From positions 100,502,001 through 100,566,000 of the forward strand of contig OX597816.1 of assembly GCA_951406725.2 (NCBI GenBank): a stretch of DNA of 64,000 nucleotides, in the 5' to 3' direction. Made by a program: the position numbers and the translations under genes. The stretch is from Octopus vulgaris (Eukaryota). This document shows positions 14,501-28,262 of the stretch, in pieces (position 1 is the stretch's first letter; the number at the start of each line of letters is the position of its first letter). Below the pieces are notes generated by a model, which worked only from the letters and a program-made list of their open reading frames with translations, was not told where the DNA came from and searched no databases.

Positions 14501-15121
14501 TAAATTCTAAAATAAAATTTGAGATTTATGGAGGGATAAAGTTGGGAACAAAAAAATTACAGTGGAGTCATACAAGGAAACTAAATGAAAAAAAACATGG
14601 TGGGGGGTCATTAGACCAGACCTGCATGGACATTTAAAAGACCAGACGTGTTTTTCTCTCTTTCTTCTATCTTTCCTCTTTTCAAAAAAAGTGTTTCTCC
14701 CAGTGTTCACTATTTTCCTCTCATTCTGGTCTAACGACATATACAACAGTGTGCAGTCATTGAAGTCAAGACACATGTAGGTTCCAAAAAGATGCTGTAA
14801 ATAAGTGTTAAATAAAATTATGGACCTGAAGAATCTATTCTTCTTATCATATTAGTATTAATACTACATATCTCTCAACTTCTATTCACTTTTGATATCA
14901 AAAGTTTATCCCTCCATCTGTTTAACTCTTTCTCCTTCCCTTCTGGCCCCGCTCAACCTCTTTTCATTTTTGATATCAAAAGTTTATATGTGATGATCTC
15001 ACACAAGGAAGGACATTTTGTGCTTAAACACTTCCTAAACCTTTGGCCTGACCCTCAACTTCACTCCTCCACACTGCTTTGGCTGGCCAAACTTGTTCTT
15101 TCTCTGAATTGATACTCGTTC

Positions 15122-16260
15122 ATGGGGGAGTTTTACCAACTGGTCTCAGGAGTGGCCATGGGAATGAGAATGGGCACCTACCATGCAAACCTGTTTGTTG
15201 GCTATGTTGAGATCCAACTATTCTCACAATTCATTGGTCCCACCCCCAAACTATACAGTCATTATATCGATGATTGTATCAGTGCATCCTCACTTTCCCA
15301 TAAACAATTGGATTCCAATCCTTCCATCCGGCCCTTGAATTCTCCTGCACTATCTCTAACTTTTCCATCAAATTTCTCAACATTTCTATTATCATACACC
15401 ACTTTTCTCTCACTACCTTCATCCACTACAAACACACTAACTCACATTCTTACCTTAAATTCTCCTCCTTCCACCCAACCCACACCAAGTTCTCCATCTC
15501 CTACTCCCAATTCCTCCATCTATGCAGGTTCTGCAGTGATGACAATGACTTTGAGACTCAGTCTCAATTCATGGCTTGACGCTTCCTCCTATGTGGATAT
15601 CCCCTTGCCATTATTCACACTGCTCTTGCCTGAACATGATCTGTGGTCACTGCCTCTGCTCTTTCTCCTTGCACCCACCCCACCCTTACCCATCTCTTGT
15701 TTCCCCTCACCTACCACCTTTCCACCCTACCCCTCCAATACACCATTCTCTAAGCCTTGTGGTGACTCCAGTCCAACCCCTCTACCTTACATATCCTCCC
15801 TAACCAACCTCTTCCCTCCTTCAAATGAGCCCATAACCTGCGTGACCTCCTGGTCTTCAGTTTCTTCCCTACCCCTACCTCTCAGCCTGGCTCCTTCCCC
15901 TACTCTCACCCACACTATCACACCTGTCCCTACCTCTCCAACACCACCATCCTCACAGGCACCCATCACCATCCCTATCATGTCACCAATTACCTGCACC
16001 TCTAGTAATGTTATTTACTGCATCTCCTGCTCTCTCTGTACGTTGGTCAAATGGGATACCACTTGGCTGCCCAGTTCAGGGAGTAACTCTGAGACATCAG
16101 TCTCAGCAATGACACCCCTGTCTTGTGCCAGTTCCTCTCTACCAGTCATTTGCTACAACATCTGTCTCGGTTCAGACTGTCTCTACACAGGGACCACCTA
16201 GACTACTGCCTTTGCTGTGAACGGGTATTCTCTCTTCATTCCTTTGTGCCACGTGGGCTC
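15122..16260 (+). pseudogene. Frameshifted PLE RT/GIY-YIG coding remnant
   Basis: The 359-aa ORF is in the RT frame only for about the first 60 aa and returns to the GIY-YIG frame near 15980. Confidence 0.8.
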
Positions 16261-17107
16261 AACTCACCTCTTCTCTTCATCTGACACCAATCTCACCTCT
16301 CTCTTCATTTGACACCAACCCCACACAGATTATCCCTCACCTCCCATATTCAACTGCTCCCCTTTCCGCCTACACTCCTGCATACTACCCACCTCAGTAC
16401 TCTCACCCACCCACACACACACCACTACACAGACACCCATACACACTGTTCAACTTCTCACCCACTTGACATACCATTACTCACACACCCACAACACCTT
16501 CCCACTCCACACACACTAGCACCAACCACTTCTCAGCACCCACACCACACGCCATCATCCACACACCAACACACAATCTTCAATAGCTCACTACACATAC
16601 CACTATATGAGCAGACACACACACTGTTTAACTCAGTACACACACACCATTATGCACACTCCCACATTCCCACAAGCACATAATACCTGAACACAGACAA
16701 TATGTACACACATTCAACATGCATAAACACATGCAACACATAGACAAAGATAACTATACATACATACACTATACACATGTACACTATATGGTCACAGAGA
16801 CACACATACACATGTGCACACACCATGTGAAAAAGCACACATCAACTACTACACACAATACACACACATTCATGCACATGTTACACAAACACACACACAC
16901 ACACATGTAAAACTCACTTTCCCCCATTCACATTTACTCACTCACACACCATTCTCACATACACACATGCTTGCGCACCTCAGCTTGTTGGGATCACCAT
17001 TATTATCTCCCTTTCATTCTTCCTCTTTTTTTCCAATCATTTGCCATGTTAGACAGCAGAACCCTATACATTTCACCCCCTTTCTCTATATTTATTTCCT
17101 CTTATTC

Positions 17108-17143
17108 CTTTCTGTTGAAGAGCATTGGCTCGAAACATAAAAG
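17108..17143 (+). ncRNA. Minimal hammerhead-like motif at the PLE 3' end
   Basis: CTTT-CTGTTGA-A-GAGC-attg-GCTC-GAAA-CA-TA-AAAG; stems I and II pair, core A6 is changed to U. Confidence 0.55.
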
Positions 17144-17355
17144 ACCTTTCCATTTTCCCAAGTGCCAAACTAATACACTTGCTTGTTGTTCCTACACCTG
17201 TCTTTGTCTTTTGTTTTCTATAAATTTGAACTTCATATATATATATTAGAGGGAAAAGGACAACAAAAGCCAAGGCAGGATGAGCATCTCAAGTCACTTA
17301 GAATATTTAATCAGAGTAAGGTGAATGTGAGGTAATTAATTAATCAACTATTGGA

Positions 17356-17433
17356 TGTCCTATAGCTGTTTCTGAGATATCCCAAGTGATAGGTTAGCAT
17401 CTCCATACACTGGGTATTCCGTCATCAGAGACA
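17356..17433 (-). ncRNA. Type-I minimal hammerhead ribozyme, left arm of the palindrome
   Basis: Minus strand TGTCT-CTGATGA-CGGAATACCCA...TGGGATATCTCA-GAAA-CAGCTA-TA-GGACA. Confidence 0.72.
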
Positions 17434-17743
17434 AGGTAAATATGTATGAAAATTCCAGACAAGGAATTCACAGTTTATACAGGAATAAAATGGTAGATAG
17501 AGAAATAAAGAGTAAAACAGTACATGGAAGAATATGGAAGGAGATAAAACGGTAGATAGAAGAATAGACAGGAGAATAAATTTCACAGCTCATCTTCCAA
17601 ACCCTCTGGAAGAAGATGAGCTGTGTACTTTATTCTCCTGTCTGTATTCTGTTATCAACTGTTTCACTCCTTATTTTTCTATCTACTATTTTATTTCTTT
17701 ATAAACTGAAATCCCTGACTAGAACTCTTATACATACTCACCT

Positions 17744-17815
17744 TGTCTCTGATGACGCAAAAACCCAGTGTATGGAGATGCTAACTTGGGATATCCCAGA
17801 AACAGCTGTAAGACA
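17744..17815 (+). ncRNA. Type-I minimal hammerhead ribozyme, right arm of the palindrome
   Basis: TGTCT-CTGATGA(17749-55)-stem II-GAAA(17799-802)-CAGCTG-TA-AGACA: intact core, 5-bp stem I, palindromic stem III, GUA triplet. Confidence 0.8.
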
Positions 17816-18149
17816 TTCAATAATTAATTAACTGATTATTTCATTAATTAATTCCCTCAAATTCATCTTACTCTAACTAAACATTCTAACTGACTTGAGA
17901 TACTTGTCCTGCCTTGGTTTTTGTTGTCCTTTTACCTTTAATATATACCTACTAACTTGGAAGCCTACTACAGATGACCACTTATAGCACTTACATAGCA
18001 TACCTATTCATTTAGATCACCAGTGAACCCCTCATATTCTATTATATGTATGTATGTGTGTGTACACTCTCATATGGGAAGAGAGAGACAAATGCAGGTA
18101 TATCAAATTATCAAATATTATACAGTATAAATTTTTTATTTATTAACAT

Positions 18150-19190
18150 TAACTCCACCTTTGCATTGTGTGTCATAATTGCCATATGCCAATTAAGACC
18201 AGCTCCATATGAGAAGGGGAGATAATTTCAAAACTTCTCAAAAGTTGACATGCCAATTAGAAAAATGACAGGTCTATTGCCTAGAGATAAAGAGGAGATC
18301 CAAGGTCACATTTCTCTGTCTCAATAGGTGTCATAAATACAACAGTCATTCTACTTCATCTTCAACAGGAAAGGGTCACAGACACAAAAAAAAAGCGAAA
18401 GCATTTATGGCTTAGGTAATTTGTGTAAATTAAACAAAATGTGCTAAGAGAAATATTTCTGAGTGACCAGTGGTATGAATTTGAACAACATAAACAATTA
18501 CTGGTATATCATACACCATACCAAGTAAATTCCCCATTAATTAAAATTATATCTCTCTTGAGGAGGTGCCATAATTATCAAATGGCAAATGAAACTAGCT
18601 CCATAAGTGTAGAGCAGATAATCTCAACAATCAGGAATCCTCTAAATTTGATATGCTATCAAGGAAAAGAACTCACTTATTGTCTGAAGAATGCAGTAAG
18701 CTTCTTTTACTCAAGTGTGGGAAAGAAAGCGAGGAGCAACTCCTCATAATCCATAAATTTCTAAAGTGACATAGGTTTCCTATAAGTCTCCAGTACTTCC
18801 TTAAACTAAACTTTGATCATTTTTCTCAGCAAATCCTATTTTAAATTATTTCAAACTATTGGCATGCAGACTATATCAAAGATCATTACTTGCTTGACCT
18901 AAAGTTTGGTAGTTCACACTTCAGAAATGTTGTTTTCTGGGCATTTCTACTCAATAGTGCAACTGAAAACAGTGCCATTTATTGATATCTAAAGAAGATC
19001 AGAAAAATGTTCCACAAAGTGATAGATATAAAAATGTTCTGTAGTCAACTAGTATCTATCATCTCTTATTCAATTGATTTTTGCTTCAATTTCTGACAGA
19101 CTGCTTTTGTTCAGTCTTTCCAAATTTTTTCAGCTTTGCATTACGTCTCTCTCAATTTCTCTCAGAGTTGTAAACATATTTCCATACTCA
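18150..19190 (-). mobile_element. Decayed L1/Tx1-like RT relic
   Basis: Minus strand KPMSL*KFMDYEELL (resembles RPISLLNxDYKIL), GSPLYL*AID and HFSDL; many stops. Confidence 0.45.
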
Positions 19191-19614
19191 TTCACAAAAA
19201 TACATACATGTGTGCATATGTACAGATAGTCACTCAGTGTGTGTGCATATATAATCCTACATAGTATATGACACATTCACACAGATATTAAAGTAAATAT
19301 ATATGTGAACATACTGGAGATATTGTTAATGTGTACATATGGCTATGTTAACCTAATAAAACTTTCAATAAAAGCATTTAATGGAATTTTTATATTTCTA
19401 TAGGATTAACCCTGATTCTTCTTGGAATTATACAAACATTCATATCTAGAAGTAATTTTTTTTTTAGTGTAATTAAACTTAACTTGATTATGAATTTATT
19501 TTCTTCTAAACTTGATGGTATTCAAGTGAAAAAAAAGAATCAGTTAAATTTCAGATTAGTAAAAGATGTTAAAAATACATGCACACACATACATACACAC
19601 AAACATCCTCAATA

Positions 19615-20072
19615 GATGCCAACACAGCTGTGTGGGTAAGGAGTCTGCTTCCAACCATATGGTTTCAGGTTCAGTTCCACAGTGTAGCACCTTAGGCAAG
19701 TGTTTTCTACTATAGCCCAAGAGTGATCAAAGTCTAATGTGTGGACATGGTAGATAGAAACTGAAAAAAAAGCATGTTATATGTATGTATACATGCATAT
19801 ATGTGTATGAATGTGTTTATGCAAGTGAGTTTGTATTCCCCTTCATCTTCATGTGTATTAGCTGATTGTAAACAATGGCCTCACTGTACATTTCCTTGTT
19901 CATTTCAAAATCTTGTTTGGATTGTTTGTTGTTCAGTAGACTGTGAGATTATTACTTCACTTGAAAACAGGTTGGAGGTGACATTATGAAGGGCATCAGG
20001 CCATTGAAAACTCTACACTAATCATCACTTGTCCAAGCATGTAAAAGTAGAAGCTAAAACATTGTTGATGCT
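19615..20072 (+). mobile_element. tRNA-SINE with an RTE-like 3' tail
   Basis: GGTTCAGTTCC B-box, ACCTTAGGCAAGTGTTTTCTACTATAGCC core, GAAGGGCATC tail. Confidence 0.7.
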
Positions 20073-23000
20073 ACATACACACATATATTGAATGTAAAAT
20101 GCATTTTGCAGAGGCTCTATGGAAGTCTATGTGTGTTTCAAACATTATATAAAAAGCACCTTTTAAAATTATTATGCTCTAATATTTATATAATCCACTG
20201 TGAAAAACAGCATTCTCTGCTGGATTCATTTGTTTTATTGCTTATTGTGATTAACAATTTTTACTTTAAACTGAGACTAATTTCTACATTTCTTTAAGAA
20301 TGTGTTTGAAAAAATTTGGCCTTGAGATTTTTTGCATTTCTCCATCATATGATAACCGGAAAATGTATGATTGGGTTTCCCCACCAAAAAACATCTCTAT
20401 TGTCTTTTTATGTGACATCAAAATGCTGAAATTCTAGAGTACTATTGGAGGTACTTAATAAAGTAAATGGTAAAACCTGAGGCAAGTAGTATTGGTTTGC
20501 ATTGGAAGTTGGTGATTGTAACGAATTCAAAAGTGGAATATATTTGTTTGCTATGAAGAAGCAAGACTGACATTTTGGGTTCTGTTTTTCATCAGAGCAA
20601 TGTTTTCTGATTCTATCAGATGAATAGATAAGAAGTAATTGATTGATTTTCCCTTAGCTAGTTTGACTCTAAATTTTGCCAAAGCCAATTTTGTTTTCTA
20701 CTCTTTCAGGGTTATTGTTGTTTAACTCCAGGTCAGCCCTGACCAATCAAATCTATAATCAAAATAATTTCAGCCATCTCTTACGCATTGAGTATCCATG
20801 ACTACCTTACCCTGTGTGACGTTACTATTACTGTACTGTAACTATTATTACTATTGCATCAAGTCTTACAAATTTACATAAGTTTATCTTACAATATACA
20901 CTTATGTTGAGAGGCGGTAGATAGAAATAGATAGACAGATAGATAGAAAGGAGAGAAAGAGTGAAAGACATTTGAGAAATGTTCACTGCACATGTATGTG
21001 CAACAATTTTGCCAGCTCTGATATTTGAAACCAAGGATGTGAATATTGACAAAATATAGTTACTTATAATCTAAATTTATCAATTCTGTTTCCATGCATT
21101 ATTGACAATAACGATTTCTGAATGTGTATAAACCACAACTAATCTAATGTTTTCGTTATTACGTATATTATCTTACATGTTATTACTTTGGTATTCAGGC
21201 TTTCCTATTGTTGAAAATTTTGTTTTATTAACTTCAGTTGTTATTTATAGATACTTGATCCTTTTATGACTTTGAAGAGAAAAACTCATTTCTTAGTTCA
21301 ATCATTCAGATAACTACATATTCTTAGATTTCTAATCTCCTAACTGGAACCTTATTGGCAGTTTCTTTACAGTGTTCGTTTCTGAGAATTAGATAAATAC
21401 TTAGGGATTAGGAGAGTTTTATTTCTGGTCATGTTCGCATTCTGTCAAAAATCTGGGTTGATGCAGAATATAAAAAAAAGATAACATAATTCAGAAAAAT
21501 ATGATGGTTAAAGGAAAAGGCTGAGAAAATCTTTCACAAACCTGAAATGGCAAGAAGTTCAGATTTAAAAGAGCAAATGTTCATTGTAAGAACTGCCCCA
21601 TTATCAAAAATCAAGTACAACCTAATTTTTTATAAATGAATACTTAAGAACCAATGAGAATAAGAGTCAGTAGTTCCAGCCATAATTCAGTATTGGTTAT
21701 AGAACTATGAAATAGTACAAAATGTATTGTTTTTCTATTTTGCATTCAATGCTAACTGTATTAAAATATTTTCTATAATAGAAAAAATATATTAAATTGT
21801 AAAACAAAACAAAAATAAGAAACAAATAGTAGTTGATAAAATGTTAGCTGTGAATTTTTGTTTTATATCTTACATTTTTTTCAGTAAATGAATTTTTTCT
21901 GTTCATGTTTTTTTTTTCATTTGAATTATATCTTTGACCTAATTTTCTTATCTTCTTTGTGCTTGATTTTAATTTTTTAAATATTCAAACATTGCCAAAT
22001 GTTGAAAATCTTTTTGGAAGAGAAATTTTGCCAGGCTTAATAGATTCTGTTATTTTTTTAATTATAAATTTGTTTTATTCTTTGGAATGTATTATAATCA
22101 ATCAGATCAATTTGTCATTAAAAGGCTAATTTCATCACTTCACTACTTTTGTTGCAACAAATTAGTCTCTGCTATATCGTCTTTTTATGGAAAGTTCATA
22201 AAAAATTCCTAATCTGGCCTAAATTTTATCTATGACAATATCTTTAATCAGTCCTGTTAACATTTTCTATTAGAATTAAAGCTCTTGTTCAATGTAAAGC
22301 TAGAATAATAATAAAATATATATTCACTCATATCATCATCATCATCATCAACAACAACATTATCATCTGTGATGTATATATTGATCTACATGGCCCTTTA
22401 TAGATTAGATATGTTGAGAAAATGATCTCTCTTAAATCAATTGTTGCATATGCTATTAAGAGTTTTGCTGTCAAATATACAGTGGATTTAGTTAAGGTCA
22501 TGTTCCCTAATAGCAATGCTGCCATAATTAATAAATAGTTTCTTGCATGGTAGTGGAAATAGTTTATGGCATATATCTGTATATGTTAATGAGCAGTGAA
22601 AACAAAATTTTTTTACTGGTTCAGATTGATTTGCATCTGCTAGAAAGTTCTGGTTAAACAGATTTAACTGATAGACATGTTGATGCTACTAATCTATATG
22701 CATTGTAATAATCACTGTTTGAAATATATTAGTCATCATATAAGACATCTAAAGTTTTTTTAACATGTATAAATATTAATAAAACAATAATAGTAATAAA
22801 TTAATTTACAATTTATTTATTTTATAAAGTAGTTTTAGTGTTTGAACTTCAGTTATATAGAGCATGCATTCTAGACAATTTCACATCTCACCTTGTCATT
22901 TATAAATTATCAAATTTGCCCAAATTGTAAAGAAATGTTGGTATTTATATATATCACAACAAACCTTTTAAAAGACTTGTATGACCCTTGTTACATTCAG

Positions 23001-23279
23001 TTGAAGAAAATTCAAATATGCTTTTTGATTGCTATTGGCATCAGCCATGGTTTACTTGACTGGTGAAACCTCTTTTTGCAAATACTGATAACATTTTAAT
23101 TGTGAAGACAAAATGTTCAGTAGTCTACCAATAGGACACCACCAACAGCAAGCAATAAATCATTAATCATCATTTTACTGTTCTCAGACTTGACTTTGCT
23201 TAGGAGATGACTACTGAAGCAAAATTGAATATCCATGCTGCCTTTCAGGCAGTAAATCACCTTTCCCCCACCTCCCACC

Positions 23280-23330
<51 letters not shown>

Positions 23331-24051
23331 GCACACGCACCAACACTCACACACACAGGGAAATTCTTGAATTAGTGATCAAGGAGACCTGCATTTCAAA
23401 GATGCCCCTGTAAGGATTATTTTGACAACTGTAGAGCAATTAGTAATATTTTGTAGGTTTATCATTTGAGCAAAGAATCTCTGCTTTCACTAATTCAATA
23501 GGTCTTTAGAAACAAAAGCTACTGAATTTGCAAACACAATCATTTCAGAACATTTCTTTTGTGATACAAATGTTTGGAATCAATTCGATTCATAACAGTT
23601 ACAATAATTTCTTCATGAAATATGAAATGAAAGGCTTAGTGCTAGAATTGTCAATTAAACATCACTGCATGCTAAATGACAACATGCACAAATAATTTTG
23701 TTTCATAATCATATAACAGTTTATAAGTATATATATATATATATATATATAAAATTCATTAAAAAATATACTAAAATTTTAAAAAATTATACAAAGATAT
23801 ATAAACTTACAAGCAGAAAATAGATTCCTAATTAAATCAATGATAATAAATTATGCTAAATTATAAAAATGAATTGATAACTAAATGAAAACTGCTATCT
23901 ATGAAAGATACATTTCCAATTATCTCTTTAAACATTTTCAAACACTTGAGTACAAATATGCAAATGTATATCTAGACATAAAAACTCTGTATACCTTTAC
24001 ACATGTATGCACATCCATGCATTTATGTATGAACAGATATGTATACGCATA

Positions 24052-24250
24052 TCATCATCATTATCATCTAGCATTTATTTTCTATGCTGGCATAGGTTGG
24101 ACTGTTTGAAAAGAGTTGGCAAGCCACAGGATTGTGCTAAACTCTACTGTTAGCTTAGGCATTGTTCCTATGGCTGGATGCCTTTCCTAATGCTAACCAT
24201 TTTAGAGTGGGAGATTTTTACATGGCACCAGCATGGCGAGGTCACTAAAT
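24052..24250 (-). mobile_element. RTE 3'-end fragment
   Basis: (CAT)n-like tail followed by GGTTGGAC...GGCTGGATGCCTTTCCTAATGCTAACC. Confidence 0.7.
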
Positions 24251-24921
24251 AACTTCCAAAAACCCCTCACCTAAAAAGGGGAAAGACATTGAGAGTGGTG
24301 TTTTGTGCCAGATAATGGCTATGGTAGAGGGACAGAAATAAGTATTGTGTTGAGGAGGAGATACAGGATTACCCACATTGGAAAGAGAGAGAGAAAATGG
24401 TAGTGGAGATATGCCAGGGAATCCCCAAAGTACAAGGAGGTGAATGTAATGTAAATGAAGTGTTACAGAGAGCTAGACAGGGTGAGTGAACAAAGAGTTC
24501 ACAAAAGAGAGGGAAGGAGAAGAGATGCAGTGAATGGTGAACACAGGTGAATAAGGGAGTGACAGGATGGCAATGATACAGTTGCCAGTGGGTGGGCATT
24601 GAGCTGCTGAAGCAGAGGGCAAAAGACTACCATAGTGCATGATAAGATGTAGTTTGCTTCATTTGGGGGCTGGGTGATTACTCTTATGCCTACCTTTTCT
24701 CATAGACATTCATATGTACATACATTTATAAATACGTCCCCATATATGTTTAGATATAACTCAGTACAACTTTTATAACTATATACAAAACATATATGTA
24801 TACCTTAACACATAAATCTATGTGCATTTATACACATGTATTCACATACATATGTCTATGCTCATATTCTTACATATATATACTCATATATCCATTTACA
24901 TACCTCATATACTTTCATGCA

Positions 24922-24965
<44 letters not shown>

Positions 24966-25097
24966 TTATTGAATTAGTGAAAATAGAAATTCTTTGCTTA
25001 AACAACAAATATATTTATACATGTGTATGTGTGTATGTATATGTAACTTTATAAATTTATATATATGTGGGGGGTATGGATGTGTCCAAGTGTTTGT

Positions 25098-25134
<37 letters not shown>

Positions 25135-25556
25135 AGAGAGAGAACACATTTTAGGTTTAATAAAAGTATAAAATATATTTTATATTTAATTCAAAGTGTA
25201 GTGTAATATATTTGTATATAAACTAATACAAATTACAAATATTTTCATTAAGGTTACAAATAATTTCTTGTCTTAAATTCATTCATCATATTCTGTTGTT
25301 TATTCATTTCTGCCAAATTCTGAAATGATAAACTGTTTCACTTCTGTTAAGATAAATAAGTCTTAGATGGCAGAAATGAGTTATTTTTCCCTTAATGAGG
25401 GAATGGAATAAATACATGGAAAATAAGAAAAGGGTGAGGGGTGCATAAAGTAATGGAAGAAAGAATACAAAAAAGAACAGAAGTGAAAATAAAGTAACTG
25501 CAAAGCATGAATATGTTAACATATGGATATGAAATTTTATGTCCTTTCACTATATA

Positions 25557-25768
25557 TTGATTTCAAATTTTGGCACATGGCCAGCAAGCTCAAGGAAGGG
25601 GTAAGTCAATTGCATCAACCCCAGTGATTCAACAGGTACTTATTTTATCAACTCCAGAAAGAAGAAAGGCTGAGCCAATGATGGCAGAATTTGAACCCAA
25701 AACATAAAGGATGAAATGATGCTAAGTATTTTACCTGGTATGCTAACAATTCTGGCAGCTCGCCACTA
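25557..25768 (-). mobile_element. SINE, same family as 10156 and 38308
   Basis: TTTCAAATTTTGGCAC...GGTACTTATTTTATCAAC...AACAATTCTGGCAGCTCGCC. Confidence 0.8.
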
Positions 25769-27239
25769 TATATTATTATATATTAAGAGAGGATTATGGT
25801 TGCAGAATCACTGTTGAATTTTCCTTCAGTCATGTTTATGTATTATTTATGTATCCCCATCAATGCTTGGTTTTAAATAAGTGATCTCTGGTTCATAAAT
25901 TATAGCTTCTGCATTGCAAGACTTATTTAGTATTCATGCTTCTGCGTGAGCTTTTAGCTTCAATAATATACTACACACACACACACATACAGAGAGAGAC
26001 CAACTGACAGACAGAGACACATACACACAAGTACACACACTATATACAAACATACTGTTTTATGCACTTACTGGAATTTGCTGTTTATGCTATGACATTA
26101 GCATGTTTTCTGCCAGCCACTGTTTTAAGTTCTTTAGATCTTTGATATTCTTTGAAATGTTTCTATGCAAAATATAATCTTTGTTTATTTTCAAAGAATC
26201 TCAAATTAACAATGAGTAATGAGAATGAAGCAGTGCAAAGGACATAACAGTATTCAAACTATAACCTGTAAGATGACAAGGTCAAAATTTATCAAATGTC
26301 AAGGAAAAGAAGTTAATTTGTGAAAAACTTAATGCTGGAAATTACCAAAATCAAAATAAAATGAAAACAATGAAATAATGGGTTGTTTAAAACTAACTGA
26401 GCCATTACTAATCACATGAGACTTCATCATTAGTGACAAAGAAACCACCACATAAAGCATTTCAATTATTAATGAACATTAGGGACTGGCATAATCAAAG
26501 TGTCTAATTTGAGATGATTCATTATTTGCTTGATTTCATTTATAGCTTTGATAATTTTTTAAGTTTCTGTTAAATCAATTTACCATTGCATTTGTGCATT
26601 GTTTTGTTTATCAAAAGAAACACATGATTATCTCCACTGTTTGATCAGTCGTAGTCTGTCTTCACTTTGGCTGAGATTTTGATGGTGTCATACATCTTGG
26701 GTTAAATTATTCAAGATTGCCTCATTGAAAGCTTTTGGTTTCTTTTTAGTCCGGATAGCTTTTTTAAAGAATGTTATATAATTCTCTATTTCTCTCATTT
26801 ATGCTTAATTGTTCATTACTTACATCTATGGCATCTTGTTTAGAAATTAAAAATTTTAGTAGTTGTCATAAATTATCTAACATTCCACTTGTCTTAACAT
26901 GCTTTTTGTGAAAAGCAGCATCTTGGTACCATTTAAATCTATGATAAATTATTTGTCTAGTTTTTTAATTAATTTAGTTGCCTGTTATAATTACTTTTTA
27001 GGGTGATTTTATTCAGGTGAATTTTAATATAAATGAAATGATTTTGCTATTTTTCTTTGTGACTGTGATGTCATATGTTCTGGTATGCAGTGTCAAATAC
27101 AAAATATTTAAATATCTAATTTTAAGTAACTATCTCACTTTTTGGGGAAATTTTCTGTAACATATAAAATAAATCAGCATTGTGCACAGAAGCTAAATGA
27201 CCTTCTGCTGTTCAGCTCTCTTGAGAGTTTCCTTACCAC

Positions 27240-27480
27240 TATATGGTTCAATGGTTAGGGTGCTGCACTCACAATTGCGAGATCATGGGTTCAATTCCAA
27301 GACCGGGAATTGCATTGTGTTCGTCATGACATGTGGCACATGTACAGGTAATGTCCATTTGATGAAGGGAGTGAGCTTATGTGTACACAAACATTTGATC
27401 ACTATAAACAAATCATCTGTGTGGTTGTTCAGTAAGAAATTGTCGAACCTTCATGTGTTGTCTAATGACAGGAGAGTCCA
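27240..27480 (+). mobile_element. Internally deleted tRNA-SINE
   Basis: TGGTTCAATGGTTAGG A-box and GGGTTCAATTCC B-box; tail resembles that of the 41.8 kb SINE. Confidence 0.6.
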
Positions 27481-27489
27481 TCATATATA

Positions 27490-27525
<36 letters not shown>

Positions 27526-27754
27526 AAAGTACACGTGAGGATATAAACCTTGGAGGGATAAAAATATTCATGATTAAACTGGTTGAATACCTAACAATAT
27601 AGGCACATACATATATGTTATTAATATTATAAAAACCAAGAGAGAAGACGAAGATAAGATTAATAAAAGTTTGTTAATACATTGACAAGACTTGACCTAC
27701 AATTGTTTCAATTCATCAGTTGCAGCATTAAATCAACGAAATTCAAATTAATTT

Positions 27755-28211
27755 AATTAAAACAATTTGGTTAATTACTACAAGTAAGAATATCTTCAGG
27801 AAATGACGTAAAAAAAATGTATCATAATTAAAACATAATGAAGACATTAAAAAGGAAGAATACAGTGCACCATTAAAGTTTAAAATATATACACAAATAA
27901 AAAAAGACACAGTTATAAAAAAATACTTATAGTCATATATCAATATAAATAGCAATCATGATAATGCAGACATACCAATTCATATTTTTGCATGGCTATG
28001 TCTGCATTATCATTATTGCTATTTATATTAATTTATAACTATAACTATTTTTTTATAACTGTTTTTATTCATGTATATATTTTTAACTTTAATGGTACTC
28101 TGTAATCTTCCTTTTTAATGTTTTCATTATGTTTTAATTATGATAAATTTCTTTGTACGCCCTTCCCTGAAGATATTCTCACTTGTAGTAACTAACTAGA
28201 TTGATTTAGTT
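27755..28211. repeat. ~460-bp imperfect palindrome
   Basis: Centre ATAATGCAGACATA / TATGTCTGCATTAT (27961-28010); outer TACTACAAGTAAGAATATCTTCAGG / CCTGAAGATATTCTCACTTGTAGTA. Confidence 0.92.
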
Positions 28212-28219
28212 ATATTTTA

Positions 28220-28231
28220 TATACATACATG

Positions 28232-28262
<31 letters not shown>

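Larger units (their letters stand above)
15020..17232 (+). mobile_element. Penelope-like element, 5'-truncated (RT plus GIY-YIG relic, CA-rich 3' region, terminal hammerhead motif)
   Basis: FYQLVSGVAMGMRMGTYHANLFVG...YIDDCI (PLE RT) and ITCTSSNVIYCISCSLC (GIY-YIG region), with frameshifts between them. Confidence 0.88.
17241..17946. repeat. ~700-bp imperfect palindrome (long inverted repeat)
   Basis: Ends AAAAGGACAACAAAAGCCAAGGCAGGA / TCCTGCCTTGGTTTTTGTTGTCCTTTT; centre CACAGCTCATCTTC-(14 nt)-GAAGATGAGCTGTG at 17584-17625. Confidence 0.95.

Noticed and set aside
15122-16201. 359-aa Pro/Ser/Thr-rich mucin-like protein
   Set aside because: Off-frame reading of a frameshifted Penelope ORF
25304-25380. 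CATTTCTGCCA / TGGCAGAAATG hairpin as a further ribozyme
   Set aside because: No recognisable CUGANGA core; an 11-bp stem alone is insufficient
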